The notes under the pieces were generated by a model, which saw only the letters and a list, made by a program, of their open reading frames with translations, was not told where the DNA came from and did not search any database. DNA of 63,037 bases, filler included. It is 8 parts of 8 records of this genome, joined end to end, with 100 filler letters (N's around TTAATTAATTAA, not from the genome) between each part and the next. Parts side by side here need not be neighbours in the genome. Positions count along the whole stretch, not along the records: positions 34,718 to 41,887 come from SRR31156797_36702; positions 41,988 to 51,170 come from SRR31156797_36717; 6 more parts are not named here. One strand, 5' to 3'. The position numbers were made by a program, and so were the translations under genes. Shown here in pieces: positions 39,986 to 50,207 of this stretch (position 1 is its first letter; each line of letters starts with the position of its first letter).

Positions 39986-41887
39986 TTACTCCTGATATTC
40001 CCAAGCACCGATATCAACCTTATTATTGACGATCCTGGGATTCTCATCAACATCTTCCTGAAAACTATAAACAACTCCACCCATTTCATATTGCTCTTTA
40101 TCGCCTGCATCAATACAATCAGATCCAGCTTTTAGTGAGAAATCATTTTTCCCCATATCAGTAAAAGAAGGATTAGTGTCTATGTTTCCACCCTTGTTAT
40201 CACCAAGTTCATCATCCCAGACACCTCCGGGAAGACAACCTTTTATGTTTGAGTTCTTTATGTCTGTTTCAGCTATCTCGTTATATACTTCACTGCCTGT
40301 TCCATCTCCTGAAGCATAGTTTTCCCAGATAATTGAGTTGATTATATTTGTGTGGGAGTTAGTCTGGCTGTAGATCGCTCCACCGTAGCCTGAAACCGGG
40401 TCAGCAGAGTTATGAACGAATGTTGAATTTATCAGGTAGATCTCGGTATTTCTGTTAGATATGGCTCCACCGCTTGGAGCTGAGTTGTCATAAAAAACAG
40501 AACTGACAACCAGTGGTTTTCCTGTAGTGCTCAGGATCGCTCCACCATCACCGGGACCTGTAACTATATTGTTATAGAACTTGCAGCCAATAAATTTTGG
40601 TTCACTATCAGAATAGTTTTCAATAGCACCTCCACCTGAAACAGCTTCGTTGCCTTTAAAAGTTGAGAACCATATTATAGGGTTGCTTTCTGAATTTGTG
40701 ATAGCTCCACCGTTTCTATCAGCCAAATTGTTTTCAAAAACACAGTTTAGCATCCTAACATCACTGAAGACATTGTTTGAAATGGCTCCACCGTCTTCAG
40801 AACTGTTTCCGGAAAAAGTACATTCGTTAAAAAAACCTTTGCTTTTTTCATCGTTAAAGATCGCACCGCCATATCCGTTAACTGTGGTATTATTTGAGAA
40901 TTCAGTCTGATAAATACGAGGACTGGCATTGTTGTTGTTTATTCCACCACCTCTAAAAGAGACATTGTTCTCAAAAGAGCTGTTGTCAATGTATGGGTTG
41001 CTATCCCTGTTTTCCATTGCGCCGCCACTTACAAGTGCGTAATTCCTTATAAATTTGCAATTATAAATATCAGGGTTAGCTGAAAAATGATTGAACATTC
41101 CTCCACCGTGCTGCTCATGGTGGTCAAGTTCCGTGCTTACATCAAGATCAGCATTTCCTCCAGTAATTGTAAATCCATCAAGAATGGCACTTGAATCTAA
41201 GCTGAAATTGAAAAATACATGAAAAAGGTCTTGTGAGCTATACTTTCCATCGCTGTCCATATCTCCACTAAGAATGGTCTCGTTCTTTTTGGGGTCTCTC
41301 TGTTCTCTTTTTGCTTCAACTCCGGAAAATCCGCCAAACACGCTTATTGTATTTCTTAAGGTAAAGTGTCTGTATCTTGGATAGTTTGGATCCTCAGGTT
41401 CGGGTAGATCAAGATCGTTTGGCATTCCTGTAGGTTTGTAGGTGCCTTTTGCAACCCATATCTCACTGTTTTCCGGTGATTCACTTATAGCACGCTGAAG
41501 GTCCGGATAAGCATCTTCCCAACTTGTTCCATTGCTTAGCCCCGCAGCATTGATATCAACAAATACTTTTGTCGGTAAGACAACACAGTTCTCACCATCC
41601 CAAAGATAGTTGTCTTCACAAACACATTCAAATGAATCCTCTGTTTCAACACACTCTCCGGTGCTGTTGTCAATGTCACAAGGGTTGGGATAACAAAGGC
41701 TGTCTGAGTCAACATCGCTGTCCGGATAGTCTGTATCTTGTTCATCGCCATTAAGATCGCTTTGAGAATCCTTATTTTCATTGAGATCATCATCAATTAG
41801 ATCCAAGTCATCTGTTAAGTTGTCGTCTATACTGTCTGTATCAGTATTTGGATCGTTTTTTTGACAGCCTAGAAAAAGAGAAAGAAC
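39986..41887 (-). CDS. Lipoprotein with acidic linker, EGF-like module and right-handed beta-helix (GGAI/FxxN repeats, choice-of-anchor Q-like end), 5'-truncated
   Basis: Frame continues upstream to VLSLFLGC (lipobox). It contains CYPNPC..C..C.C..C, GTSWEDAY.DLQ, many GGA(I/M) repeats and a terminal DIGAWE. Confidence 0.85.
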   Translation of the reverse strand, partial: VLSLFLGCQKNDPNTDTDSIDDNLTDDLDLIDDDLNENKDSQSDLNGDEQDTDYPDSDVDSDSLCYPNPCDIDNSTGECVETEDSFECVCEDNYLWDGENCVVLPTKVFVDINAAGLSNGTSWEDAYPDLQRAISESPENSEIWVAKGTYKPTGMPNDLDLPEPEDPNYPRYRHFTLRNTISVFGGFSGVEAKREQRDPKKNETILSGDMDSDGKYSSQDLFHVFFNFSLDSSAILDGFTITGGNADLDVSTELDHHEQHGGGMFNHFSANPDIYNCKFIRNYALVSGGAMENRDSNPYIDNSSFENNVSFRGGGINNNNASPRIYQTEFSNNTTVNGYGGAIFNDEKSKGFFNECTFSGNSSEDGGAISNNVFSDVRMLNCVFENNLADRNGGAITNSESNPIIWFSTFKGNEAVSGGGAIENYSDSEPKFIGCKFYNNIVTGPGDGGAILSTTGKPLVVSSVFYDNSAPSGGAISNRNTEIYLINSTFVHNSADPVSGYGGAIYSQTNSHTNIINSIIWENYASGDGTGSEVYNEIAETDIKNSNIKGCLPGGVWDDELGDNKGGNIDTNPSFTDMGKNDFSLKAGSDCIDAGDKEQYEMGGVVYSFQEDVDENPRIVNNKVDIGAWEYQE

Positions 41888-41987
41888 NNNNNNNNNNNNN
41901 NNNNNNNNNNNNNNNNNNNNNNNNNNNNNNNTTAATTAATTAANNNNNNNNNNNNNNNNNNNNNNNNNNNNNNNNNNNNNNNNNNNN
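41888..41987. other. Artificial contig spacer
   Basis: N44-TTAATTAATTAA-N44. Confidence 0.99.
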
Positions 41988-42089
41988 CCCCTACAATCTA
42001 TAATCAGCTTTTTCCTGGTTTTCAGGCCAAAATATCATAAACAAAACGTCACGCCAATCAGACCGAACTTTAGGCAAGCACTACCAAAC

Positions 42090-43586
42090 TCAGCCCTTGC
42101 CCCGTTTTTCCATCTTCTTGAGCACAATCGGAAGCAAAAGCACGCCAAACGTAGCCGCCAGAATCACCAGGGCTATCGGCCGCATAAAACTTTCCGCCCC
42201 GCCTATTTGAATGGCCCAGGAAAAATTCCTTTCCGCCAGAGGCCCAAGCAATAAAGCCAACAAGAATGCCGGCACGGAATACCCATACCTTGATAGAACA
42301 GCACCGAACACACCGAATATCACTACCAGGTGCATGTCAAAAACCATTTGACGCCAGGCGAATCCTCCGGCCAGACAGAACAAGGCGATTATCGGAACAA
42401 GGAAGCGATTGGGGACGGCTGTCACATTGGCGGCCAGCCTGGCTACTCCCAACCCGAGCGGCAATAGCATAATGTTGGCAACGACTATTGAAAATAAAAT
42501 GGCATAAGCTTCAACAGCATGCTCTCCGAAAAAACTGGGTCCGGGCGTCACCCCGTTTATCATCAGGGCGGCCATAATAACCAGCGTGGTGCCCGATCCG
42601 GGAATGCCCAGGGTGACAGTAGGAATAAGCGCGCCCCCGGGAACTCCATTGTTGCAGGCATCCGCGGCCACGAGTCCCTCAATGTGTCCCGATCCGAATT
42701 TTTCCGGCTGCTTGCTAAACTGCTTGGCCTGGCCGTAACTCACCCAGGTGGCGATGGCGGCCCCGGTGCCGGGAATCAACCCCACTATAATGCCGATAAA
42801 TCCCGACCGAAGCATATTGCCCCAATACTTCAATGCTTCGCGCATGCCCTCGAATATGGGCCCGTACCCGGTAAAACTCTGTTTGCCTTTTTCAACCAAC
42901 GACTCTTCACCGGCCAGACTGAAAAGCTCGGCAAAGCCAAACACTCCGAGTAAAACCGGGATAAGAGGGAATCCTTCATACAGTTCGAAAAAACCAAAGG
43001 CCGAGCGCGTGTAACCCTCCTGAAATTCCGTTCCCACACAGGCGACAAAAAGACCGAAAGCCGATGAAAACAATCCTTTTAAAGTGGACTTTCCAGTTAA
43101 AGAACCTACAGCGGTCATACCGAACACCGCCATCATGAACATTTCCGCAGGGCCGAAATTCAAGGCATAAACACCGACTATTGGCGTCAGTACCACAGCA
43201 AAACAGGCCGATAACAAACCGCCTACCGTTGATGAAATAATGGACGCTCCCAGGGCCTGCCCCGCCCTGCCCTGCCTGGTCATCTTAAATCCTTCCAGGC
43301 AGGTCGGGGCATTGGACGGCGTACCCGGTATGTTAAGCAGAATCGCCGGAATGGATCCGGCCGCCTGGGAGCTGCAAAAGCAGGCCATCATGAAAACAAC
43401 CGCGTCCATGGGTCCCAGGTAAATGGAAAACGGCAGCATCATGGCCAGGAAATTCGTGTCGTTAAAACCGGGAATGCCGCCGACCACCAGACCGGCCAGC
43501 ATGCCCAAACCGAGCCACATCAAATGACTGGGATCAAGCAGCAGCCCCAAACCGCTCGAAATAACATCAATCCCAGGTAGCGCCAT
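42090..43586 (-). CDS. tctA: Tripartite tricarboxylate transporter large permease
   Basis: GGIPG, ILLNIPGTP, LIPGTG and IPTVTLGIPGS motifs; about 12 TM helices. Confidence 0.93.
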   Translation of the reverse strand: MALPGIDVISSGLGLLLDPSHLMWLGLGMLAGLVVGGIPGFNDTNFLAMMLPFSIYLGPMDAVVFMMACFCSSQAAGSIPAILLNIPGTPSNAPTCLEGFKMTRQGRAGQALGASIISSTVGGLLSACFAVVLTPIVGVYALNFGPAEMFMMAVFGMTAVGSLTGKSTLKGLFSSAFGLFVACVGTEFQEGYTRSAFGFFELYEGFPLIPVLLGVFGFAELFSLAGEESLVEKGKQSFTGYGPIFEGMREALKYWGNMLRSGFIGIIVGLIPGTGAAIATWVSYGQAKQFSKQPEKFGSGHIEGLVAADACNNGVPGGALIPTVTLGIPGSGTTLVIMAALMINGVTPGPSFFGEHAVEAYAILFSIVVANIMLLPLGLGVARLAANVTAVPNRFLVPIIALFCLAGGFAWRQMVFDMHLVVIFGVFGAVLSRYGYSVPAFLLALLLGPLAERNFSWAIQIGGAESFMRPIALVILAATFGVLLLPIVLKKMEKRGKG

Positions 43587-43602
43587 ATATTCCCCCGGTC
43601 TG

Positions 43603-44085
43603 TCAGATGGTCAAGGGACCGATCGTCAGCTGTGGAAGTGAAAGTTTCATCAAAACAATAAGAACCACGTGCAGAAAAACCGTCAGCCCCAGGGCCGTCA
43701 GGATATTCATGATCCACTTTTTGCTGCCCAGGCCCCGAAAAATAACCTGCATGAAAATGAAGTTGGAAAGTGAAAAGCCGATAAATGGGACGGCGCAAAC
43801 ATAACCGACCGAACCCAGGAAAATCAGACCCGATTTTTTCGAGCCTAATAATCTGGCTTTAAATCCCGGCCCCGCCTCCTCTTTATTTTCCTTTATTCGG
43901 ACTATCACAAATTTGAACACAACGCCCAGAAGCAGAATCCCGGTTAAAACAGCCACAATCAGCGGCCAGTAAAGAACCGCCCACGAAGCATCCCTGGTCT
44001 GGAAAAAATAGGCCAGCCCGAAAACAAATACCAATCCGGGCACAACCGCCTCGCCCCAATCGATTCTTCTTTGCCGCCTTTCCAT
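43603..44085 (-). CDS. tctB: TTT small permease
   Basis: About 4-5 TM helices, 160 aa, between tctC and tctA, C-terminal LSLP. Confidence 0.8.
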   Translation of the reverse strand: MERRQRRIDWGEAVVPGLVFVFGLAYFFQTRDASWAVLYWPLIVAVLTGILLLGVVFKFVIVRIKENKEEAGPGFKARLLGSKKSGLIFLGSVGYVCAVPFIGFSLSNFIFMQVIFRGLGSKKWIMNILTALGLTVFLHVVLIVLMKLSLPQLTIGPLTI

Positions 44086-44144
44086 ATACGCCGCCTAACG
44101 TTTTTTCAGCCGGGCCTTGTCAAACCCGGCCGATGTCAAACCTG

Positions 44145-45107
44145 TTACTTCATCAAATCCTTATATTTTTCCCAGACAGCCTGAAATTCCTTTACATATG
44201 CGTCGCACTGTTCCGGGGTCCAGTAATCTATAAACGGCGCCATGCCCTGCTGCTCGGCCATCTCCCTTGTTTCCTTGGAATCAATGGCCTGCTTAAAGGT
44301 TTCCACCAGCTTCTTGTAATTCTCGGGCGCGTTCTTGGCCGTGTCCCGCTTGATCATAAAGGCGAAAGGTTCGACCAGGTTCGGGAATTCCTTGCCCGTG
44401 GCTTCGCTCAAAGTGGGGATATCCCACAATCCGTCCCATACTTTCTTATTGGTGAAAGACGCCAGGGCTTTTATAAAATCCTTTTTAGACGAAGCGGAAA
44501 AATACGGCCCGATGCAGGCGTCGACCTGCTTCCCGGCCAGGGCGTTCCGGGCTTTCGAACCGCCGTTGAACGGAACGACCTTGGCGTTAATCCCGGTCAG
44601 TTCGATCAAAATTTTGGCCGCAAGCGTGGAAACAGCCTTGGGATGAGATGTTGAAATAGTCAGAGGCTTTTCGGCTTTCTTGCCCGCTTCAATAAATTCC
44701 TGGATTGTCTTCCACTGGGAATCCTTGTGGACCAGCACAACATTGGGGTCGGTGATCAGGTTGCCGACAAAACCAATCTCGTCCCAGTCGTACTTTGAAA
44801 CGCCCGTGTTTACATTCATGGCCTGCATGGCGATGGTGGTCATTATGGTCATGTACCCGTCGCCCGGCTTGGACATCATTTTCCCGAAACCGATCATACC
44901 GGACGCGCCCGGCGAATAATCGAACTTGATCGGCTGGCCCAGAATCTTTTCCCAACCAACGGCCAATACACGCGACGACCTGTCAAAACCACCTCCGGCC
45001 TTGGCCGGGATGATGTGCGTTACAGGTTTTTCCGGGAACACTCCCGCCTGGGCCAGGCCCGCCAGGGCAAATACAAGTACAAAAACAAGGGCTAATGTCT
45101 TTTTCAT
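44145..45107 (-). CDS. tctC: TTT substrate-binding protein (Bug/TctC)
   Basis: Signal peptide MKKTLAL after GGAGG; PAKAGGGFD, PGASG, DGY and VPFNGG. Confidence 0.92.
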   Translation of the reverse strand: MKKTLALVFVLVFALAGLAQAGVFPEKPVTHIIPAKAGGGFDRSSRVLAVGWEKILGQPIKFDYSPGASGMIGFGKMMSKPGDGYMTIMTTIAMQAMNVNTGVSKYDWDEIGFVGNLITDPNVVLVHKDSQWKTIQEFIEAGKKAEKPLTISTSHPKAVSTLAAKILIELTGINAKVVPFNGGSKARNALAGKQVDACIGPYFSASSKKDFIKALASFTNKKVWDGLWDIPTLSEATGKEFPNLVEPFAFMIKRDTAKNAPENYKKLVETFKQAIDSKETREMAEQQGMAPFIDYWTPEQCDAYVKEFQAVWEKYKDLMK

Positions 45108-45139
45108 CTCACTCCTCCAAATTTTGATATTTCCCCAGA

Positions 45140-46009
45140 TTAAAGGCCCAACAATCGGGCCGGATTCACCTTGATCATGGCGTCTATTTCCTGCTGTCCC
45201 ACGCCTTTTTCCATAAGACACTGTCCGAATATCCTTAATACTTCGGCGGGAAGAGACTTTCGCGGTTGCCCGGCGTCGCTGGTTAGAATCAGGGAATCCG
45301 CGCCGACTTCCGATATCGTTTGTGTGTAGTTTTCAATATTGGCCGTCCCGGGTATCGGATAAAGGTTGCCTCCGCAAAGCTCCAATATCGCTCCCATCCC
45401 GGCCAATTCCTTCTGATCCGGAACGCTCAATCTTGGCGGATTAAAATAGGGATGAGTAATGAGCAGTTTTTTGAAACCGCTATCCCGGCAAAAAAGCGCC
45501 AGCTTGAATATTTCGTCCCGCCCCAAATGGGCCGAGCCCAAAATGGCGTCAAAATCCCGGACCAGTTCAACGACCTGTTTTATTTGGGGTGTAAGCTCCC
45601 CATCCCCGCCTAAAATAGTCAACCCGCTCCGCTTAATCCCCGCGCCGGATTCCTGGTATCCGAAACCGCCGGCATGCCCGAAAACCTTGACATGCTCAAG
45701 GGAATCCACCGTCGGCGCCCATATCTGCCTGGCGCCGAGACTCAAGGAAGTCTCAACAGCATGAGGATTCACGCCTCCGGTGAAATGATTCAGCACCAAT
45801 CCCCCGGTCACCATTACGCCGGGCGTCATCTTGTCGGCCAAGGCGGCCCTGCCGACCGTGGATTCGAAATGATTTTTCAGCATTATGCCCGCCAAACCGA
45901 ATTCAGCGGCATGATTCGCCATGTCCAGATCGTCCCCGGTGCGGGTGAAAAGAGATGGGTTGGAATGTATGTGGAGATCGAATGCTCCGGAAATATCGAC
46001 AAGAGGCAC
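45140..46009 (-). CDS. DUF6282-like amidohydrolase-fold metalloprotein
   Basis: DLHIH, LKNH, WAPT, AHL, ITHP, TSDAGQ and NPARLL; GGAGG RBS before GTG. Confidence 0.8.
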   Translation of the reverse strand: MPLVDISGAFDLHIHSNPSLFTRTGDDLDMANHAAEFGLAGIMLKNHFESTVGRAALADKMTPGVMVTGGLVLNHFTGGVNPHAVETSLSLGARQIWAPTVDSLEHVKVFGHAGGFGYQESGAGIKRSGLTILGGDGELTPQIKQVVELVRDFDAILGSAHLGRDEIFKLALFCRDSGFKKLLITHPYFNPPRLSVPDQKELAGMGAILELCGGNLYPIPGTANIENYTQTISEVGADSLILTSDAGQPRKSLPAEVLRIFGQCLMEKGVGQQEIDAMIKVNPARLLGL

Positions 46010-46041
46010 GATAAACCTCCCAATTTTAAATCCGCCGAAAA

Positions 46042-46803
46042 TCAGCGGAGTACGATGTGATAGCGGAAACGGTCGCCCCGACCGATGCTGCTCCTGAATT
46101 CAACCGGCCTGTCTCCGTGGGTATAGGCGATTCTTTCAATATGTATTACAGGCGCACCTTCTTCTATTTGAAATATCCGAGCGGTTTTTTCGTCAGCGAT
46201 TCGCGGCTCCAGGAATTCATCGGCCCAGATAATCGGGGTTCCGTATTTTTCATTGTAGATCGGGTATAAGAGTTTTCGGGATATATCAACTTCGTCAAAG
46301 CCCTTGAAAGTTTTTTCAGGCAAGTAAAGATCCTCAAGCATCAACGGCTCATCATGAATCGTTCTCAACCGCTTGATGGCTATAACCCGCTCTCCCTTTT
46401 CAAGTTTCAGAATATCCGAGATTCTAATGTCCGGAATAATGGTCGATGATTCAAGAACGTGTGAAGAAGGGAATTCGCCTTCACGGCTTTCTCCCAATCC
46501 GTACCGGAAAAACCGGATAAAACTCCTTGTGAAATCGGGTTTGGCTACATAAGTGCCCTTTCCCTGACGCCGATAAAGCACGCCTTCCTTGACAAGTTCG
46601 GAAATCGCCTTTTTTACCGTCCCCACCGACACGCCATAAGCGGCGGCCATCTCGTTTTCCGACGGGATCATTTCATCCAATTTCCAGACGTGCCCGGTAA
46701 TTTTATTGTGGATCAGATTTTTAAGCTGGTGATAGAGCGGCAGGGCGCCGTTAAAGTCGAGCCCTTCTTCTCTTATAATATCATTTTCGGGATCGCTGGT
46801 CAT
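46042..46803 (-). CDS. GntR (HutC/UTRA) transcriptional regulator
   Basis: PLYHQL...IPSENE...VSVGTVKKA...RRQGKGTYV wHTH and a UTRA C-terminal domain; start may be 46818. Confidence 0.93.
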   Translation of the reverse strand: MTSDPENDIIREEGLDFNGALPLYHQLKNLIHNKITGHVWKLDEMIPSENEMAAAYGVSVGTVKKAISELVKEGVLYRRQGKGTYVAKPDFTRSFIRFFRYGLGESREGEFPSSHVLESSTIIPDIRISDILKLEKGERVIAIKRLRTIHDEPLMLEDLYLPEKTFKGFDEVDISRKLLYPIYNEKYGTPIIWADEFLEPRIADEKTARIFQIEEGAPVIHIERIAYTHGDRPVEFRSSIGRGDRFRYHIVLR

Positions 46804-47245
46804 ATTAAAGACTTTCATCCGGAAGGCGCCTTCCTTTTGTTTTTGGATCTTATTGTCCCATGCAGGTTATCAACTTCAGTACTCATGTATATAAGTATAT
46901 AATCCAGCGGCAATGTCAAGAAAAATAAGCCGCGCAGAGAGAACTACCCCCGTAAAACACGGAAATTACTATTTTATAACTATAATTTCCGTTATTTATA
47001 ATCTTCAAATCAGTTTACCCTTCAACTGAGGAATCGTAGATTTCAGAAAACCGCAAATCTATCAAAAATCTTTGATATTTTTATAAATTTGTTAAAATAT
47101 GCTTGAATTTCAGAACAAATGTGACATGATCAGGTTTGTTGTATTTGAACTACGGAGATTAATAAAGTGCTGCTAAATCTATAAGCGAGGGCGACAGTAT
47201 GATCCTTGACTGTTGCGCCTGCCGCTTATATCGAGTTGACTGGAT

Positions 47246-50194
47246 ATGAAATCCTTTCTGATAGATAATTTTTATCTTTTCAATTTCATTTTTACAACAG
47301 CCTATACATTGGCCATGTTGATCTATATCGGAGGTTTCAGCCCTGAAGACAGGAAAACCAAGGCATTCCAACGCTTTCTGATAAGCATGGTTTCCTGGGC
47401 CGCTTACGATCTGATTATCAGTCGCGCCGCCCAAACTCTACATCCGGACATCAGTTTCGCCCTTTTCAGATACCTGTCCATAATGTGGCTGATTTTTGCC
47501 GCTTTTGCCTGTGAACTATGCGTCGCCATCATCCTGCCGATCAAGCGGGTGCACCGTATTCTGCTTTACGGCCCATACGCCCTCTTCTACCTAGCCGCCG
47601 TATTCATGCCGCAGACGATCAGCGCCGGCGTCTATGGAATTCCCCGCGGCTACCCGGGTTTCCCCGGCCCATGGCAGATTGCGTACACCACCTATTGGAT
47701 GGCCTTTATCGCCATAATCATGGTGTGGATGTTCAAAAAGGCCGTGCAGGAATCCGACAAGGAAGCGCGCACGGAAAAAATGATATTGATTCTAGGCGTC
47801 GCAATATCGGTATCCGGTTTGGCCCTGTCGCGAAAACTTCTCGGTTTTTTTGGGCCGGGCTTCCCCGCCCTTGGCAACATTGCCCTGGCGCCATTCAGCC
47901 TGGCCGCGTTTCTGGGGCTTAAATATTATGGACGGGTCCTTTCTCCAAAAGCCTTATATAAAACAATAATACAGACCATACCCAGTGGAATCGCACACGT
48001 GCGCGGCGGAAAAATAACCTGGGCCAACAAAAGCCTGGCTTCCCTGATCGGGTTTTCAAAGCCTGACCATCTCCTGAACCTTCCTGTTTCATCCCTGAAT
48101 ATTAATCCTCCCGAGCTTTTTTCCGATTCCGAACTGGTCTCGGGGTCAGGATTCAGGGACAAGGAAGCCTCACTGGCTTCGCGGAACGGCGCCCAGGTCA
48201 ACCTCCTTTTGAGTGCAACTCCTTTCGACGCGGACGCCCCGGAAAAGGGATTCCTTTTGGTCTTCAACGATCTGTCCGCCCTCAAAACAGCTGAAAAAAA
48301 CTACCAGGATGTCGCTGAATTGTATATGGCCATAAGCGAATCCACCGGCGACGGACTTTTGGTTTCCGAAGTCGGGCGGGCTGTTATTCCATACAATTCC
48401 AGATTCAAGGATATGTGGAACGCTACGGACGACTTAATCGCCTCAATGGACATAAACGGCTTGCGTGATTATATTCTGGACCAGATTGAGCAACCGGCCG
48501 AGTTGATACATCCGGACGCCTATACCAACATGCCTCCCATTGAAACAATTGATGTTGCCTATCTGAAAAACGGCCGAATATTTGAAGTCCACTCCAGCCC
48601 TCTTATGAGAAATGACGAGCCCGCCGGCAGGGTATGGAGCTTCAGGGATATTACCGAAAGACGCCAGGCGGAAATTGCTTTAAAAGAAAGCGAACAGCGC
48701 TTTCGCAATATTTTCGACAGGTCGCCCAACGCCATTTGCATAACCGCCATTAAAGACGGAACCATAATCACCGTAAATGACAAGTTCTGTGAACTGTTCA
48801 AGCTGAAAAAAGAAGACATTATCGGCCGGACAACCCTGGAACTCAACATTTTGAGCGGGCCTCAACGCGAACTGATTATTAACGACGTATTTGAAAAAGA
48901 GGAGAGCAATGGAAGGACCTGGGAAGTCAGGGTTCATGATGGAGGAATAAAAACCATCTCTGTTTTCAGCAGGGTTATTCAACTTGAGGGGCAAGACCTG
49001 CTGCTATCATTGATTCACGATCAGACCGAACAAAAAAGGCTTGAAATACAACTCCGGCAGGCCCAGAGGATGGAATCCGTGGGCGCCCTGGCCGGAGGAA
49101 TCGCTCACGATTTCAATAATATCCTGCAAGCCATCTCGGGATACGTTCAGCTTGTCATTCACAGCAACAACATAGATAACGAAAATGCATCCTACCTGGG
49201 ACGAATCCAAACAGCTGTGGACAGAGCCGCGGGCCTTATCAAGCAGTTGCTTGCCTTCAGTCGCAAGGTCCAGCCGGAAATGAAAATCGTTAATCTGAAC
49301 GTGGAAGTCGTCAAAACCGTGGGCATACTTGAACGCACAATCCCGAAGATGATCGCCCTTGAAACCAGGCTGGCCGAAGACATCAAATCCATAAAAGGCG
49401 ACCCGGCGCACTTGGAGCAAATCCTGATGAACCTGGCCGCCAATGCAAGGGACGCCATGCCTGAAGGCGGTAAAATAATCATAGAAACCGGAAACGCGTC
49501 CCTTGATGAAAATTTCTGCCAGGAGAATCTTGGCGCCAAGCCCGGAGAATTTGTCATGCTAAGGTTCAGCGATAACGGCTGCGGCATGACCAGGGAAGAA
49601 GAACAGCGTATGTTCGAACCCTTTTTCACTACAAAAGAAATCGGCAAGGGCACGGGCCTGGGATTGGCCAGTGTATACGGCGCCGTTAAATCTCACCAGG
49701 GATATATTGCCTGCCAAACCGAAGCAGGCCGCGGAACAACATTCTCCCTTTACTTTCCCGTATCGGAAGAAGATCTATTAGAAGCGGAAGCTGTGAAACG
49801 GGAGCGCCGGGATTTGAAAGGCGGTTCGGAAACAATACTACTCGTCGACGATGAAGAAGACATCTTAAATATAACGGGATCATTACTTAAAAGCCGCGAG
49901 TATCGTGTATTATCAGCCAAATCGGGTGAAGAAGCCCTGGAAGTTTACCAACAGCAGGGACCCGCCGTAAACCTGGTTGTTCTGGATCTGGGAATGCCTG
50001 GGATGGGCGGCGGAAAGTGCCTTGAGGAGCTGATTAAAGTAGATCCTGAAGCCAAGGTGATAATAGCCAGCGGCTATTCAGCGGAAGAAAACATAAAAAC
50101 GCTTAAGGACAGGATGGCCAGTGATTTCATTAGAAAACCATACGGCTTTGACGAATTGCTCGGCAAGATCCGCAAAGTCCTTGATGGAGAGTGA
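47246..50194 (+). CDS. Hybrid sensor histidine kinase/response regulator (7TM-PAS x3-HisKA-HATPase-REC)
   Basis: N-terminal multi-TM region, PAS folds, AHDFNN H-box, NARDAM, FFTTK..GKGTGLGL and LVDDE...D...K receiver. Confidence 0.95.
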   Translation: MKSFLIDNFYLFNFIFTTAYTLAMLIYIGGFSPEDRKTKAFQRFLISMVSWAAYDLIISRAAQTLHPDISFALFRYLSIMWLIFAAFACELCVAIILPIKRVHRILLYGPYALFYLAAVFMPQTISAGVYGIPRGYPGFPGPWQIAYTTYWMAFIAIIMVWMFKKAVQESDKEARTEKMILILGVAISVSGLALSRKLLGFFGPGFPALGNIALAPFSLAAFLGLKYYGRVLSPKALYKTIIQTIPSGIAHVRGGKITWANKSLASLIGFSKPDHLLNLPVSSLNINPPELFSDSELVSGSGFRDKEASLASRNGAQVNLLLSATPFDADAPEKGFLLVFNDLSALKTAEKNYQDVAELYMAISESTGDGLLVSEVGRAVIPYNSRFKDMWNATDDLIASMDINGLRDYILDQIEQPAELIHPDAYTNMPPIETIDVAYLKNGRIFEVHSSPLMRNDEPAGRVWSFRDITERRQAEIALKESEQRFRNIFDRSPNAICITAIKDGTIITVNDKFCELFKLKKEDIIGRTTLELNILSGPQRELIINDVFEKEESNGRTWEVRVHDGGIKTISVFSRVIQLEGQDLLLSLIHDQTEQKRLEIQLRQAQRMESVGALAGGIAHDFNNILQAISGYVQLVIHSNNIDNENASYLGRIQTAVDRAAGLIKQLLAFSRKVQPEMKIVNLNVEVVKTVGILERTIPKMIALETRLAEDIKSIKGDPAHLEQILMNLAANARDAMPEGGKIIIETGNASLDENFCQENLGAKPGEFVMLRFSDNGCGMTREEEQRMFEPFFTTKEIGKGTGLGLASVYGAVKSHQGYIACQTEAGRGTTFSLYFPVSEEDLLEAEAVKRERRDLKGGSETILLVDDEEDILNITGSLLKSREYRVLSAKSGEEALEVYQQQGPAVNLVVLDLGMPGMGGGKCLEELIKVDPEAKVIIASGYSAEENIKTLKDRMASDFIRKPYGFDELLGKIRKVLDGE

Positions 50195-50207
50195 AAAGGT
50201 TTATTCA

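Noticed and set aside
45108..45221. Extended N-terminus of tctC in the ORF track
   Set aside because: It overlaps the upstream gene. The signal peptide and GGAGG point to a start at 45107.
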